From the NCBI RefSeq assembly GCF_029207735.1, contig NZ_CP104395.1, forward strand, positions 414,692-478,691: a stretch of DNA of 64,000 nucleotides. Reading direction: 5' to 3'. Of the stretch, positions 46,740 to 56,637 are shown one piece after another. A program made the translations under genes and the position numbers. How positions within the stretch are numbered: position 1 is the first letter of the stretch; each line of letters begins with the position of its first letter. The notes beneath the pieces are model-generated. The model was not told where the DNA came from. It searched no databases and saw only the letters and a list, made by a program, of their open reading frames with translations. The stretch comes from Candidatus Nanohalococcus occultus (GTDB lineage: Archaea; Nanohalarchaeota; Nanosalinia; Nanosalinales; Nanosalinaceae).

Positions 46740-47963
46740 ATGAAAAAGGTAAACTGGGATGTGTTCCAGAGAGACGTGCTGGATGTTTTCCGCCAGTATG
46801 AAGGATACTTCGATTTCTTCGAGAGAGTCGGAGCTTTAAGCGAGTACTCGAGACCCGATTGTTTTGCCCGTATAACCCGGGAAGGCAAAAAGGAGATCTG
46901 GATTGTCGATATGAAAAACAAGTCCTCGATAGACTCCGAGGATGCCGAGCGCATGGAAAAATACAGCGACAGAATAGAGTCCGACCCGGTGGATATCGGA
47001 CTGAACTACTCAGAGCTGTCCGAACACAGCGTACGGAAGATAATTGTGACTCCGGAGAAAGCAGATACCGGTTATGAGAACGTTCCGCTCCCAGAACTAC
47101 ACCAGTTCCTTCAAAAAGAGCTTATCTACACCGAGACCGATAAAGTGGTCAGAGACGTCGCCAAACTTATGAACAAAGGCCAGTTAAGCCAGGAACAGGC
47201 CCGGCTGCTTTACCGCAGCGTCGAACAGTATCAAAACGGCCTTAACCAGATAAAGACGGTTTTAAATCAGATAGAACAGCTTTACGTCGGGGCAAAAGTA
47301 GATTACTCAAATGACTTCGCTGAAGAATACGGAGTGGCCGTCGATGCGGTAATAACGCATGAAAAACGCCGTAAAACGTTTCTTATAGATGTACCTTACA
47401 ACGAAGCGGCTCTTCAAGAGCTTGAAGACAAGATGAATGTGGTTAGAGACCGGCTTAAGCAGGTGGAAGGCGAGGTTTTCTATGCGGCAGTAAACCGTTT
47501 TGAAAGCTCTGAATCTTCCTTTATCTACCAGCCCGATGAGTTCGAAGCCGAGTTCCAAGAGGACTCAAACGTGGTATCAGCCCGTCAAGTAGCCGAACTC
47601 TTCGAACCCAAGATACCTGTTGAAAAACACGTAGATAACGGGACTGTGGTGGTTGAAAACGTGGATCTAGGTTTCCGGCTGAAAGCCACCACTGAAGATG
47701 ATATAAAACACCGTATAGAAGTCAGGATGCCAGAGAAAGCAGCTAAAAGACTGAGCGAGACCCGTATAAACGCAAGAAAGCAGTTAGGGGAGCTGAACGG
47801 ACAGAACTTCTCGCTTGAAATAGAGATCGGAGAGGATCTTGAAGTCAGCCACTCCGGGATAACGGAGGATTTCAAATCCTTTACCTCGTCGGTTCAAACA
47901 GTTTTCTGTTCGGGCGTTAACCCGGCACTGGCCAAGCTGAACAACGGATTTAACGAGACCTGA
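46740..47963 (+). CDS. Protein with N-terminal PD-(D/E)xK (Mrr/NERD-like) nuclease motif and long helical C-terminal region
   Basis: FERVG...RPDCFARITREGKKEIWIVDMKNK gives E...PD...D-x-K with canonical spacing; 407 aa. Confidence 0.45.
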   Translation: MKKVNWDVFQRDVLDVFRQYEGYFDFFERVGALSEYSRPDCFARITREGKKEIWIVDMKNKSSIDSEDAERMEKYSDRIESDPVDIGLNYSELSEHSVRKIIVTPEKADTGYENVPLPELHQFLQKELIYTETDKVVRDVAKLMNKGQLSQEQARLLYRSVEQYQNGLNQIKTVLNQIEQLYVGAKVDYSNDFAEEYGVAVDAVITHEKRRKTFLIDVPYNEAALQELEDKMNVVRDRLKQVEGEVFYAAVNRFESSESSFIYQPDEFEAEFQEDSNVVSARQVAELFEPKIPVEKHVDNGTVVVENVDLGFRLKATTEDDIKHRIEVRMPEKAAKRLSETRINARKQLGELNGQNFSLEIEIGEDLEVSHSGITEDFKSFTSSVQTVFCSGVNPALAKLNNGFNET

Positions 47964-48540
47964 CAAAACGTACGCGTTCAAAAATCTCTTCCTTACCGTT
48001 CCTGTATTTTCTAAGGCGCTGTTCTCCGTTCGATTCCACTGCTCCGACCATGACACCGCCTTCCGAAAGTTTTTCTTTCAAAACGTCCCAGTCATCGACA
48101 CTAATCCCGTAAGAAACAATTATACGATCGTAAACCTCTTTTACATCTCCCGGTGCTTTCCCAACTACTACTTCGATATTTTCCCTGTCTCGAAGGTTTC
48201 TCCGGGAGGTTTCTACGAGGTCCTTGACAGGCTCGATACCGGTGACCTCTCCAGCCAGAAAGCTGAGGATTTTCAGCTGGTAGCCCGAACCCGAACCGAT
48301 TTCGAGAACACTCAAACCAGGTCTTATTTCCGCCAGCTCTGTAATCCTGGCCACGATATGCGGTGCGGAGATCGTTGAACCATCTGACAGATAAACCGGC
48401 TTATCTACATAGGCTATATCTCTGCTTTCCGCAGGTACGAAAGCCTTCCGATCGGTCCGTAAGAATGCTTTCTTCACTCTGTCTGTGGTCAGCCAACCGG
48501 TTCTTTCAAGATACTTGACCAGCTCCCTGTTAGAATCCAT
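47950..48540 (-). CDS. pcm: Protein-L-isoaspartate O-methyltransferase
   Basis: SAM motif VLEIGSGSGY; PIMT-like N-terminus. Confidence 0.8.
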   Translation of the reverse strand: MDSNRELVKYLERTGWLTTDRVKKAFLRTDRKAFVPAESRDIAYVDKPVYLSDGSTISAPHIVARITELAEIRPGLSVLEIGSGSGYQLKILSFLAGEVTGIEPVKDLVETSRRNLRDRENIEVVVGKAPGDVKEVYDRIIVSYGISVDDWDVLKEKLSEGGVMVGAVESNGEQRLRKYRNGKEEIFERVRFVRSR

Positions 48541-48577
48541 ACGTTATTTATGGTTCAGAGTAGTTACACTGTTTGTT

Positions 48578-48991
48578 ATGCTAAAGGAAAGATTCAAGCA
48601 GCTGAAAAACCTGGAAAAGGCAGTAGAGGAACTTAACCGCGATCTAGACGGCATAATAGTTGAAGGTTTCAGCGACAAGAGAGCGATGAGAAAGCTCGGT
48701 TTTGAGGGAAAGATATTCCAGTCAGCCGAACGATCCATCGAGGACTTAACTGAGGACGTCGCACGTGGAACCCGCAAAGTCGCGGTTCTAACTGATTACG
48801 ATTCACACGGCCGGAAGGAAGCTGAAAAAATAACACATGCTCTACAGGGCCGGACCGATGTTTTAATCTCGGCCAGAAAGAAGTTTGGAGAAGTCCTGAC
48901 ATCTAACGACCGTCACGCCATAGAGGACGTTGAACCACTGTTTAGCTCCTGGGAGGATAAATTCGTTGATGCCGCACTTGACAGGCTCTAA
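48578..48991 (+). CDS. Small Toprim-domain protein
   Basis: IIVEGFSDKRAM (Toprim Glu) and VAVLTDYDSHGRKE (DxD). Start taken at the internal Met (48578) to avoid overlap with pcm. Confidence 0.55.
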   Translation: MLKERFKQLKNLEKAVEELNRDLDGIIVEGFSDKRAMRKLGFEGKIFQSAERSIEDLTEDVARGTRKVAVLTDYDSHGRKEAEKITHALQGRTDVLISARKKFGEVLTSNDRHAIEDVEPLFSSWEDKFVDAALDRL

Positions 48992-49953
48992 AAGTCCGTA
49001 AGCGAGGTCTGATTTTTCTTCAAAGCCTTCGCTTTAAACCCTAGCTCTCTCGAAAGGTAGCTGGCCAGCGCTTCATCGAATCCGTGGGTGGTATAGACTT
49101 TCTCCGGATCAACCCTTTTGACTGTCTCAACCAGTCCATCGAAGTCCGCGTGATCGGACAGCACAAAGGTCTTATCGTAGCCTCCGCGGTACATATACGA
49201 ATCTGTACTCGCCCAGCCCGAAAAACCTGCTTTCACCCCACCGACTTTTTCCACGAAACTGTTCATCGATTCCTTGCGCGCTGAACGGGTCGGACCGATA
49301 AATATCCCGTTTTCCCCCAGTAAATCCTTGTTATCGGTGTAACTCTTTGCTCTGAACTTTTGATCGGAGACCTTCTCAACCGCTTCGTTCATCTTTTCGA
49401 CCGCTCCGTGTGCGACTATCGGTCTTTCGGTAACCTCCTGGACTATACTCTGTATCTTCTGGGCTTTACCAAGCGAGTATCCGTAGAGAAACAGCGGCTG
49501 GCTGTTTGAATCTATCCAGTCAGCTATACGGGACTTTACCTCGCGGTGGGATGGAAAACGGTAGGCAGGGATTCCATAAGTTGATTCAATGATCAGAGTA
49601 TCTGCTTTCGGTGGCTGAAAGCCGTTCATGTAAGCCCGGTCTTCGGCCGAAAAGTCTCCGGTGTAAAGTATTCGCTCGCCACATTCTTCTATCAAAGCTG
49701 CGGAAGATCCGATGATATGTCCGGAAGGAATCAGTTCGATGTTTTCCGTTTTCTCAGTGAAACTCACCTTGTTGCCTGTCCGGGCCTCAGCCAGGCTGGC
49801 GGTATGTTCCGAGCAGACAACCTTGTTTTCATCCATGTGAAGGTGATCGAAGTGAGCGTGTGATACAATATTTACATCGCCTTTCGAGTTACGGCTGTCA
49901 GCAACGTAGAGCCGGTCTCTTTCGATATGTATACCGTCTTTTTCCCGTATCAC
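48988..49953 (-). CDS. Metallo-beta-lactamase-fold hydrolase (possibly nucleic-acid processing)
   Basis: VSHAHFDH, SGHIIGSSAAL, LYTGDFS motifs; 321 aa. Confidence 0.6.
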   Translation of the reverse strand: MIREKDGIHIERDRLYVADSRNSKGDVNIVSHAHFDHLHMDENKVVCSEHTASLAEARTGNKVSFTEKTENIELIPSGHIIGSSAALIEECGERILYTGDFSAEDRAYMNGFQPPKADTLIIESTYGIPAYRFPSHREVKSRIADWIDSNSQPLFLYGYSLGKAQKIQSIVQEVTERPIVAHGAVEKMNEAVEKVSDQKFRAKSYTDNKDLLGENGIFIGPTRSARKESMNSFVEKVGGVKAGFSGWASTDSYMYRGGYDKTFVLSDHADFDGLVETVKRVDPEKVYTTHGFDEALASYLSRELGFKAKALKKNQTSLTDF

Positions 49954-50025
49954 GGATGTGTAAATCAGTCAAGCTTGAAGTCTGTTCCGGAGTCTTTAAA
50001 CGCGACGGACAGGAAACACTGGTTA

Positions 50026-50304
50026 ATGATTGGAAAAGTCGATCTGGATAGAGAAAAGCTTGTAGATGCCTCCAAACCGCTGTTCTACGGCTACCTGTTC
50101 CTGGCAGGTATAACCTCCCAGTACACAGGCACCTTGCTCGGACTTGCCTCAACGGCCTCACTCTGTTTTGTCTCAGCAACACTCGCCAGCAGCGTTGAAG
50201 ACGACTGGCAGTCAGTGCTTGATATGATCGCTTTAATCACCTTGCTGGTAGCGGTCTCGGCAGGAGCATTCTTCGCAGCGATGACCTCGCTGTACCTGCC
50301 TTAA
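50026..50304 (+). CDS. Small membrane protein
   Basis: Two or three hydrophobic helices. Confidence 0.3.
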   Translation: MIGKVDLDREKLVDASKPLFYGYLFLAGITSQYTGTLLGLASTASLCFVSATLASSVEDDWQSVLDMIALITLLVAVSAGAFFAAMTSLYLP

Positions 50305-50341
50305 CTTAAAGACTGGGATAAAATTACGGTATAGGCCATAT

Positions 50342-50578
50342 GGGGTTGTAGCTCAACTTGGCAGAGCGTCCGCCTCCAGCAATTGGTTACGCTCGATTGG
50401 GAGTCGCAGCATGTCTAGAAAGATGCTGCTCAAAGCAGACTACAAGTCTGCGTCAATAAGCCGCACAAAGCGGCTTTCTCAAGCGAACGTGCTTTGATGG
50501 AGGAATGAGGTCACTCGACCGATGATTAATCCGTTTGGAGATAGCGGAAGGTTGCGGGTTCAAATCCCTCCGACCCCA
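50342..50578 (+). tRNA. tRNA-Trp (anticodon CCA) with 163-nt intron at 37/38 (50380-50542)
   Basis: Acceptor GGGGTTG/CGACCCC; D arm GCTC-AACTTGGCA-GAGC; 5' half of the anticodon arm TCCGC-CTCCAG, 3' half A-GCGGA after the intron; AGGTT; T arm GCGGG-TTCAAAT-CCCTC (one mismatch); discriminator A. Confidence 0.7.
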
Positions 50579-50678
50579 TGATTCTCTCGGATTTTCCAAG
50601 CCAACTATTCTAGCAATACAGATTTTCCATACCGATGGCCGTTCCTTTGAAAAACCTGCTTTAACTCATCTATATCAT

Positions 50679-51332
50679 ATGTCTAAAGACTACCGAGAGA
50701 TTTTATCCGGTAAGGTAGAAGAGGTCAAGGAGCGTATTGAAGACCTCGAAAGCCCGGATTTTGAAAAATTGCTTAAACTCGAGAGAGAAGGCAAGGACCG
50801 TAAAACCGTAAAAGAATTCATTGAATCCCTAAAGGATACTGAAGAGGAGGAAGCCGAACCCGCGGACGAATCTGAGGGATCAGATGAGGCTGAAGAGGTT
50901 TCAGAGCCTTCAGTGCCTCAGGAAGGTTTCAGGGAAAAGTTAGGCCGTCTTTCACCGGCTAGCTTGGTTGGACTTGGCCTTGTTATCGGAATTGTGGCTG
51001 GAGCCGGAGCTGCACAGCTAGTTGCTTCAGGTTCGGGTACTCAGAGTCCTTCAGCTGTAAAGTCTGATATGCAGAGTCTGCTTTCAGGACCTAACCGTAC
51101 TGTTGATGTCGGGCCTGCTATGAGAGAGCATGGAATGTATTATTTCAACGTTTCCACGTCCCAGCAGACAGTTAACGGAACACAGACAAGCTACAGAGAG
51201 TTTTATGTCTCGAATGATGGCGAATTGCTCTTCCCGAAGCTTGAGGTTCCACTGCTTGGACTTAGAACTCCTGTGAATCTACAGGATGCGTTGAGTCAGC
51301 GAGCCGCAACACAGGCGAACGCAACTCGCTAA
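50679..51332 (+). CDS. Membrane-anchored protein with acidic N-terminal region
   Basis: Start chosen at the first Met downstream of the tRNA; TM LVGLGLVIGIVAGAGAAQLV. Confidence 0.4.
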   Translation: MSKDYREILSGKVEEVKERIEDLESPDFEKLLKLEREGKDRKTVKEFIESLKDTEEEEAEPADESEGSDEAEEVSEPSVPQEGFREKLGRLSPASLVGLGLVIGIVAGAGAAQLVASGSGTQSPSAVKSDMQSLLSGPNRTVDVGPAMREHGMYYFNVSTSQQTVNGTQTSYREFYVSNDGELLFPKLEVPLLGLRTPVNLQDALSQRAATQANATR

Positions 51333-51352
51333 CTCCTTTCCTCTTTTTCTTT

Positions 51353-51889
51353 TTAATTTATTTTCTCGACGAAGTTCTCTGTCTTTCCAACGAAGTTTTT
51401 GATCTTCTCCTGGTACTCTTCAGTTGGTTGTTCGTCTTCGAAGTTAGTGGAGACATTTGAGATCGGCAGGTTCGGTCCTGGATGTCCTCCGAGTCCCAGT
51501 GTTATGTCCTGAAGATGGTCTAGAGCGCGGATTCCTCCGAAGCCTCCGGCCGAGACCGTCACGTAGCTGAAAGCCTTTCCGTTGTACTCCGGGAACAGGT
51601 AGTCTAACGTGTTTTTGAGGGCGCCGGGAACTGAGTGGTTGTACTCCGGGGCTACCAGTACGATTAGATCTGATTCTTGTACCTCCTCAGCGAAGTCCTC
51701 GATATCCTCCGGTACAGGCTCTTCGTCGTCTACGTAGGTCCGGTTGCCCAGCATCGGGATCTCCTTTTCCTTCAGATCGAAGAACGTTGTTTCATGGCCT
51801 TGTTCTTCGAACTCTTCAAGTACTGCCTTTGCTGGTTTTACAGTGTTACGTCCTTCTCGGGTGGTTCCGAGGACAATCAGTGTTTTCAT
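51353..51889 (-). CDS. NADPH-dependent FMN reductase (flavodoxin-like fold)
   Basis: MKTLIVLGTTREGRNT N-terminus and LVLVAPEYNHSVPGALKN. Confidence 0.7.
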   Translation of the reverse strand: MKTLIVLGTTREGRNTVKPAKAVLEEFEEQGHETTFFDLKEKEIPMLGNRTYVDDEEPVPEDIEDFAEEVQESDLIVLVAPEYNHSVPGALKNTLDYLFPEYNGKAFSYVTVSAGGFGGIRALDHLQDITLGLGGHPGPNLPISNVSTNFEDEQPTEEYQEKIKNFVGKTENFVEKIN

Positions 51890-51955
51890 GTAGCACAACG
51901 GTGTAGCTAGTTTTATCACCGTTGACCGCCTATTACAGTTTAAGGTGAATCAATA

Positions 51956-52558
51956 ATGGAAAAAGAAGGCTTAATGGAACTTCCTTACGAGTACGACGCT
52001 CTAACCCCGCATATCTCGAAAAAGGTCTTGGAGTGGCACCACGATACCCACCACCAGGGATACGTGAATGGGATGAATACGGCTGAAGAGAAACTGGAAA
52101 AGCAGAGAGAGGACGGAGATTTCTCATCTACAGGCTCTCTTCTCAGAGACTACACACACAACTTCTCCGGGAATGTTTTACACAATCTTTTCTGGAAGAA
52201 CATGTCTCCGAACGGCGGCGGAATGCCGGAAGGAGAGCTTCTGGAAAGAATCGAAGAAGAGTTCGGAAGCTATGAGAACTGGAAAAACGAGTTTATCGCG
52301 GCAGCGAAGTCAGCTTCCGGCTGGGCGCTACTGGTATACGTTCCGTACACGAACTCACTTCACAACGTAGCGGTCGATAAGCACGATCAGAACGCGATCT
52401 GGGGCGCACAACCTCTGCTAGCCGTCGATGTCTGGGAGCATTCGTACTACCACGATTACGGTCCTGACCGAGCAGAGTTCATCAACAGCTTCTTCGAAGT
52501 CGTTGACTGGGAGGAACCGCAGGAACGGTACTCGAAGTTCACAGAGCTTTTCGAGTGA
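51956..52558 (+). CDS. sod: Fe/Mn superoxide dismutase
   Basis: ELPYEYDALTPHIS, HHDTHHQ, DVWEHSYY metal ligands. Confidence 0.9.
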   Translation: MEKEGLMELPYEYDALTPHISKKVLEWHHDTHHQGYVNGMNTAEEKLEKQREDGDFSSTGSLLRDYTHNFSGNVLHNLFWKNMSPNGGGMPEGELLERIEEEFGSYENWKNEFIAAAKSASGWALLVYVPYTNSLHNVAVDKHDQNAIWGAQPLLAVDVWEHSYYHDYGPDRAEFINSFFEVVDWEEPQERYSKFTELFE

Positions 52559-52615
52559 AAATTCAACGCCTGAGAGGGCGGCTTCTATTTTAATTTTTAT
52601 CGCGATATTCGTAGC

Positions 52616-53155
52616 ATGGATCGTTCGCACTGGCTTAACGAATATCAGGATGTACTAAGACTTCTTTGGAACAACGGAGGCAGTGTCTCGCCTCTACGTA
52701 CAATTGAAAAGGAGCTTGATCGGCCTGATAGCTCATCAGCAGTTATTGTGAAAAAACTGGAGAGCGAAGGGATTGTAAGAAAAGAATACTGTAATGCTAA
52801 AGTTAAGAGAGCAGTTCTAACAAGTTATGAACGCAAAGAAGACATCGATTCGTCTGAAGAATGGCTTTCAGAGGGACAGAACAGTGTTTCTGAGAGTTCG
52901 GAAGACAGCAGCGAGATTTTTGAACAGGCTTTTGAGTATGAGAAAAAGTCTATGGGATCGGAAGAGGTTCTCTGGTTGACTAACGGAGATGAAAGCTACT
53001 TGGCGGAAAATTTCTCGGATGTAGGAGAAACCGGGTTCGCGTATATAAGAGAGACTGGTGGGTCGTCGGTACCAGGAGTGCCGGGAGCGGAGCTGGTGGA
53101 GACAGCGGAAACCAAGGAGTTGCTTGAGGAAAGCTATGGAATAGCTGAACGCTGA
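52616..53155 (+). CDS. Winged-helix protein with acidic C-terminal region
   Basis: N-terminal wHTH-like KKLESEGIVRKEY. Confidence 0.4.
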   Translation: MDRSHWLNEYQDVLRLLWNNGGSVSPLRTIEKELDRPDSSSAVIVKKLESEGIVRKEYCNAKVKRAVLTSYERKEDIDSSEEWLSEGQNSVSESSEDSSEIFEQAFEYEKKSMGSEEVLWLTNGDESYLAENFSDVGETGFAYIRETGGSSVPGVPGAELVETAETKELLEESYGIAER

Positions 53156-53182
53156 TAAATCTAGCCGTCACACGTTTTTTCT

Positions 53183-53740
53183 ATGACAAAGATAGCTGTA
53201 ATAGGAGGCGGACTTTCAGGCATCCAGGCCGCAGTGATGACAGCAAAAGCCGGAGAAGAAACCGTTGTTTTCGATACCGGCGAATCATTAGTACAGAACA
53301 CTTCTAACATCAAGAATCTGGTAGGACATGACTCTGTGGGAGGACATGAACTACTGAGAAAAGGTAAAGATAAGCTTGAAAGCTTCGGCGGAAAAATAAT
53401 TGATGAAAAAGTAGTTTCTCTGGATAGGGATGAAGATTCTTTCACTGTAAAGACAGAGGAATCTGAATACAGTGCGGATTACATTATAGTGGCTTCTGCC
53501 GGCGAGCTTGACTATTTAGGTGATTTTGTCGAGTTCGAGGAAGGGGTTGAAGGGCCGTATATGATGGAAAAACACGTTGTAACAGATAGCGCTAACAAGG
53601 CCGCTGATAGAATCTATGCCGCAGGACTCGCAAATACATGGGAGTACCAGACATCTGTGGCCTTGGGCGATGGATCGAAAGCAGCAGTCAACTTGCTCTC
53701 GGATATCTATGGAGAGCCGTACACAGATCACGATACTTAA
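53183..53740 (+). CDS. Short thioredoxin-reductase-like FAD-dependent oxidoreductase (185 aa)
   Basis: IAVIGGGLSGIQAA (GxGxxG) and C-terminal RIYAAGLAN...ALGDGSKAA; the NADPH domain appears to be missing. Confidence 0.5.
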   Translation: MTKIAVIGGGLSGIQAAVMTAKAGEETVVFDTGESLVQNTSNIKNLVGHDSVGGHELLRKGKDKLESFGGKIIDEKVVSLDRDEDSFTVKTEESEYSADYIIVASAGELDYLGDFVEFEEGVEGPYMMEKHVVTDSANKAADRIYAAGLANTWEYQTSVALGDGSKAAVNLLSDIYGEPYTDHDT

Positions 53741-53812
53741 AAATATTAGCCGGGCTGCGAAGAGCGCGGCTCTTAAGGGTTTTTATAGTTTAAGGTTATC
53801 GTTCAAAATTTA

Positions 53813-56200
53813 GTGAACTTCAAAACCTGTTTAATCACTTTAGCTTTATCTCTCTACACGCAGACGGTAACTGCTTCGAGTAACGCTTCCGTCCAAACAG
53901 GTAGCCTGGAAACCGCAGTTCTGACAGCAATTCTAGCTCCGTTCCTGACCTCAGCAGTTATAGCAGTTTTCTACACGAGACTTGAAGACTACTCTGCGAT
54001 AATAGGGTCCTTATCAGGGCTTATTTCATTTATAGCTGCTATATCGCTTATAGGAAAGACAGGTGTGGTCTCTTATCTATGGATTCCATCTATGAATATA
54101 GCAGCACAGTTCTACGTTGATGGCTTATCGGTTTTCTTCGGTTTGCTGGCTTCCGGGATCGGAGTGCTGGTCTTTCTGTACTCCTGGAAGTACATGGAAC
54201 ACGGAGAGTGGAAACGTAAGTACTATACGGCGTTGACTGCGTTCATGGGTTCGATGATCGGACTGGTTTTTTCCTCAAATCTGATCTTACTTTTCCTTTT
54301 CTGGGAGTTTACCTCGATCTGCTCGTTCGTACTGATCAGCCACCACCAGAGAAAAAGAGCGGGGATAATGGCCTCGAAAAAATCTCTGCTGGTGACAGTT
54401 GGCTCCGGTCTCGCGCTTTTACTCGGATTCATACTCCTGGGTTCAGCGACCGATACTTACAGTATTGTAGAGATGCTTTCCGACGGACAAGCACTCTCCG
54501 CACTTGAAAGCACCGGTCTTACAACGGCCGTTGTAGCATTGATAGGGATCGGTGCGGCTGGGAAATCCGCTCAAATACCGTTACATATCTGGCTGCCGGA
54601 TGCGATGGAAGCTCCTACACCTGTATCATCTTTCCTCCACTCCGCGACAATGGTCAAGGCAGGAGTATTCTTACTTTTACGTTTCAGATCTATACTTGGT
54701 GAGGCCGTAGCTTGGAACTTCCTGCTTCTGACACTAGGTCTTTCAACAATGTTTATCGCAGCCTTGCTTGCTGTCGCATCCACAGAGCTTAAACAGCTTC
54801 TTGCGTATTCAACAGCATCACATCTAGGATTAATAGTCGCGGGAATTGGTTTTCCAACAGCCGTAGGAGTTGAAACCTCGCTTTTCCACGTTCTGAATCA
54901 CGCGGTTTTCAAAGCCGGGCTTTTCATGGTCGCAGGAATCGTCTTACATGAAGCCGGCACGCAGAAATTCTCGGAGCTATCCGGTCTAAGACACGACTGG
55001 CCGGGGCTTGCGGCGATCGGAACATTGCTAAGTCTTAGCATGGCCGGTATCCCGCCTTTCAACGGCTTTTACTCCAAAGAACTTCTGTTTGAAGCTGCTT
55101 ACCACACCGCAAGCCATACCGGTGGAATAACATGGATCCTACCTGCTATCTCTGTTCTTGGAAGCGTCTTTACATTTATCTACTCTCTTAAGTTCATCTC
55201 AGTGTTCTATGGACGTAAAAGTCAAGATTTACACGACGTTCCACGTAAAATGATTTTATCTCCAGCAATACTTGCGGTTACAACGATCGCAATCACCGCA
55301 ACCCCTAACCAGTTTATTAGCGTACTTGTAAACCCTGCACTCGAACTTTTAGCCCATACAAGCCACGGACTCTCAGTCCATATGCCGAAGAATCTCAAGC
55401 CTGCCTTTGTAATGAGCCTGATAACTATAGGGCTTGGAAGCTTTGGAATAGGTTATCTCAACGTTGTTGAAAGAAAGGCAAAGAAAATAACAGCTCTGAC
55501 GGCTTTAAGCCCGAATAAATACTACTTTAAAGCTCTTGATAAGGCTGATGAGCTAAGTAACAGAATGATAACAAAGGTAGAGTCCGGACTTCTCAGAACC
55601 TATGCCGTATGGGTTTTAATTATATCGACAGTCACAGGAACAGCAGGTTATCTACTTGCCGGTCCGTTACCGGCTTTTCAAATCACAGCAACTCTTCCAG
55701 CAGCCGTGGTGCTTGCGGTCTCACTTGTAAGTGTCTCTGCGGTGCTGAGATCTCAGAGCTACACTTCTTCAGTTATGATTCTCTCAATTCTCGGCTTCAT
55801 GGTGTCAATATTCTATCTGTTGCTAGACGCTCCCGATCTGGTATTAACACAGCTTGTAGTAGAGACCATGTCTCTGATTGTATTCTTACTGGTCTTGAAC
55901 AAACTTCCTTCGTTTGACAAAGAGATCAGTTTTGACAGGAAGAAAAGAGATACTATAATATCTGCTATAGCGGGTTTAATGGTGTTCTTATCTGTTATGT
56001 ATTCGACAGCTGAGGAAACACCTTCAAAAGTCGCAGATTATTTCATTGGACACGCAGTCTCTGGTTCCGGCGGAGGTAACGTTGTAAATGTCATACTTGT
56101 GGACTTTAGAGGTCTTGATACACTGGGAGAAGTATCTGTTATAGCTATGGCCGGTCTAGCTGTACTAATGCTTTTCAAGATGAGAGGTGTAGAACAGTGA
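53813..56200 (+). CDS. mrpA: Na+/H+ antiporter Mrp subunit A (NuoL-like)
   Basis: 795 aa, about 20 TM helices, NuoL-like core; N-terminal about 30 aa may be over-extended. Confidence 0.8.
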   Translation: MNFKTCLITLALSLYTQTVTASSNASVQTGSLETAVLTAILAPFLTSAVIAVFYTRLEDYSAIIGSLSGLISFIAAISLIGKTGVVSYLWIPSMNIAAQFYVDGLSVFFGLLASGIGVLVFLYSWKYMEHGEWKRKYYTALTAFMGSMIGLVFSSNLILLFLFWEFTSICSFVLISHHQRKRAGIMASKKSLLVTVGSGLALLLGFILLGSATDTYSIVEMLSDGQALSALESTGLTTAVVALIGIGAAGKSAQIPLHIWLPDAMEAPTPVSSFLHSATMVKAGVFLLLRFRSILGEAVAWNFLLLTLGLSTMFIAALLAVASTELKQLLAYSTASHLGLIVAGIGFPTAVGVETSLFHVLNHAVFKAGLFMVAGIVLHEAGTQKFSELSGLRHDWPGLAAIGTLLSLSMAGIPPFNGFYSKELLFEAAYHTASHTGGITWILPAISVLGSVFTFIYSLKFISVFYGRKSQDLHDVPRKMILSPAILAVTTIAITATPNQFISVLVNPALELLAHTSHGLSVHMPKNLKPAFVMSLITIGLGSFGIGYLNVVERKAKKITALTALSPNKYYFKALDKADELSNRMITKVESGLLRTYAVWVLIISTVTGTAGYLLAGPLPAFQITATLPAAVVLAVSLVSVSAVLRSQSYTSSVMILSILGFMVSIFYLLLDAPDLVLTQLVVETMSLIVFLLVLNKLPSFDKEISFDRKKRDTIISAIAGLMVFLSVMYSTAEETPSKVADYFIGHAVSGSGGGNVVNVILVDFRGLDTLGEVSVIAMAGLAVLMLFKMRGVEQ

Positions 56201-56637
56201 GTACTGTTGTCGCACGGTCAGTTACGAAAGCGGTTGTGCCTCTGATAGTGGTTGTGGCTCTCAGCTTCTTTTTCCAGGGACATAATCTTCCTGGAGGAGG
56301 TTTCATCGCAGGAGTTATGACAGCTGCGGCCATAGCACTTGTGTACATCATATTTGACTTCGAAGACTTCTCGTATTTGTTCGGGATTGAAAACAAGACC
56401 TACAGAGCTATTAGAGAGTATATACCACTCACTGGAGCTGGTTTAGCATTAGCTGTTGGATCCGGAGTTCTTTCAGTTGGATTAGGAGCCTCTTTCCTCG
56501 ATCATAGTTTTGGTACAATCCATATTCCGTTGATCGGAGAAGCTCACTGGACAACGGCGCTAATATTCGATTTAGGAGTTTATATGACGGTAACATCGTC
56601 TATACTTGTTGTTATAGAGGTGGTTGGAGAAGAATGA
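56197..56637 (+). CDS. mrpB: Mrp antiporter subunit B
   Basis: MnhB-like 146 aa; ATGA overlap with mrpA. Confidence 0.7.
   Translation: MSTVVARSVTKAVVPLIVVVALSFFFQGHNLPGGGFIAGVMTAAAIALVYIIFDFEDFSYLFGIENKTYRAIREYIPLTGAGLALAVGSGVLSVGLGASFLDHSFGTIHIPLIGEAHWTTALIFDLGVYMTVTSSILVVIEVVGEE

Noticed and set aside
50535-50678. 5' part of track ORF 50535-51332
   Set aside because: It starts inside the tRNA-Trp 3' exon. The first downstream Met at 50679 was used instead.
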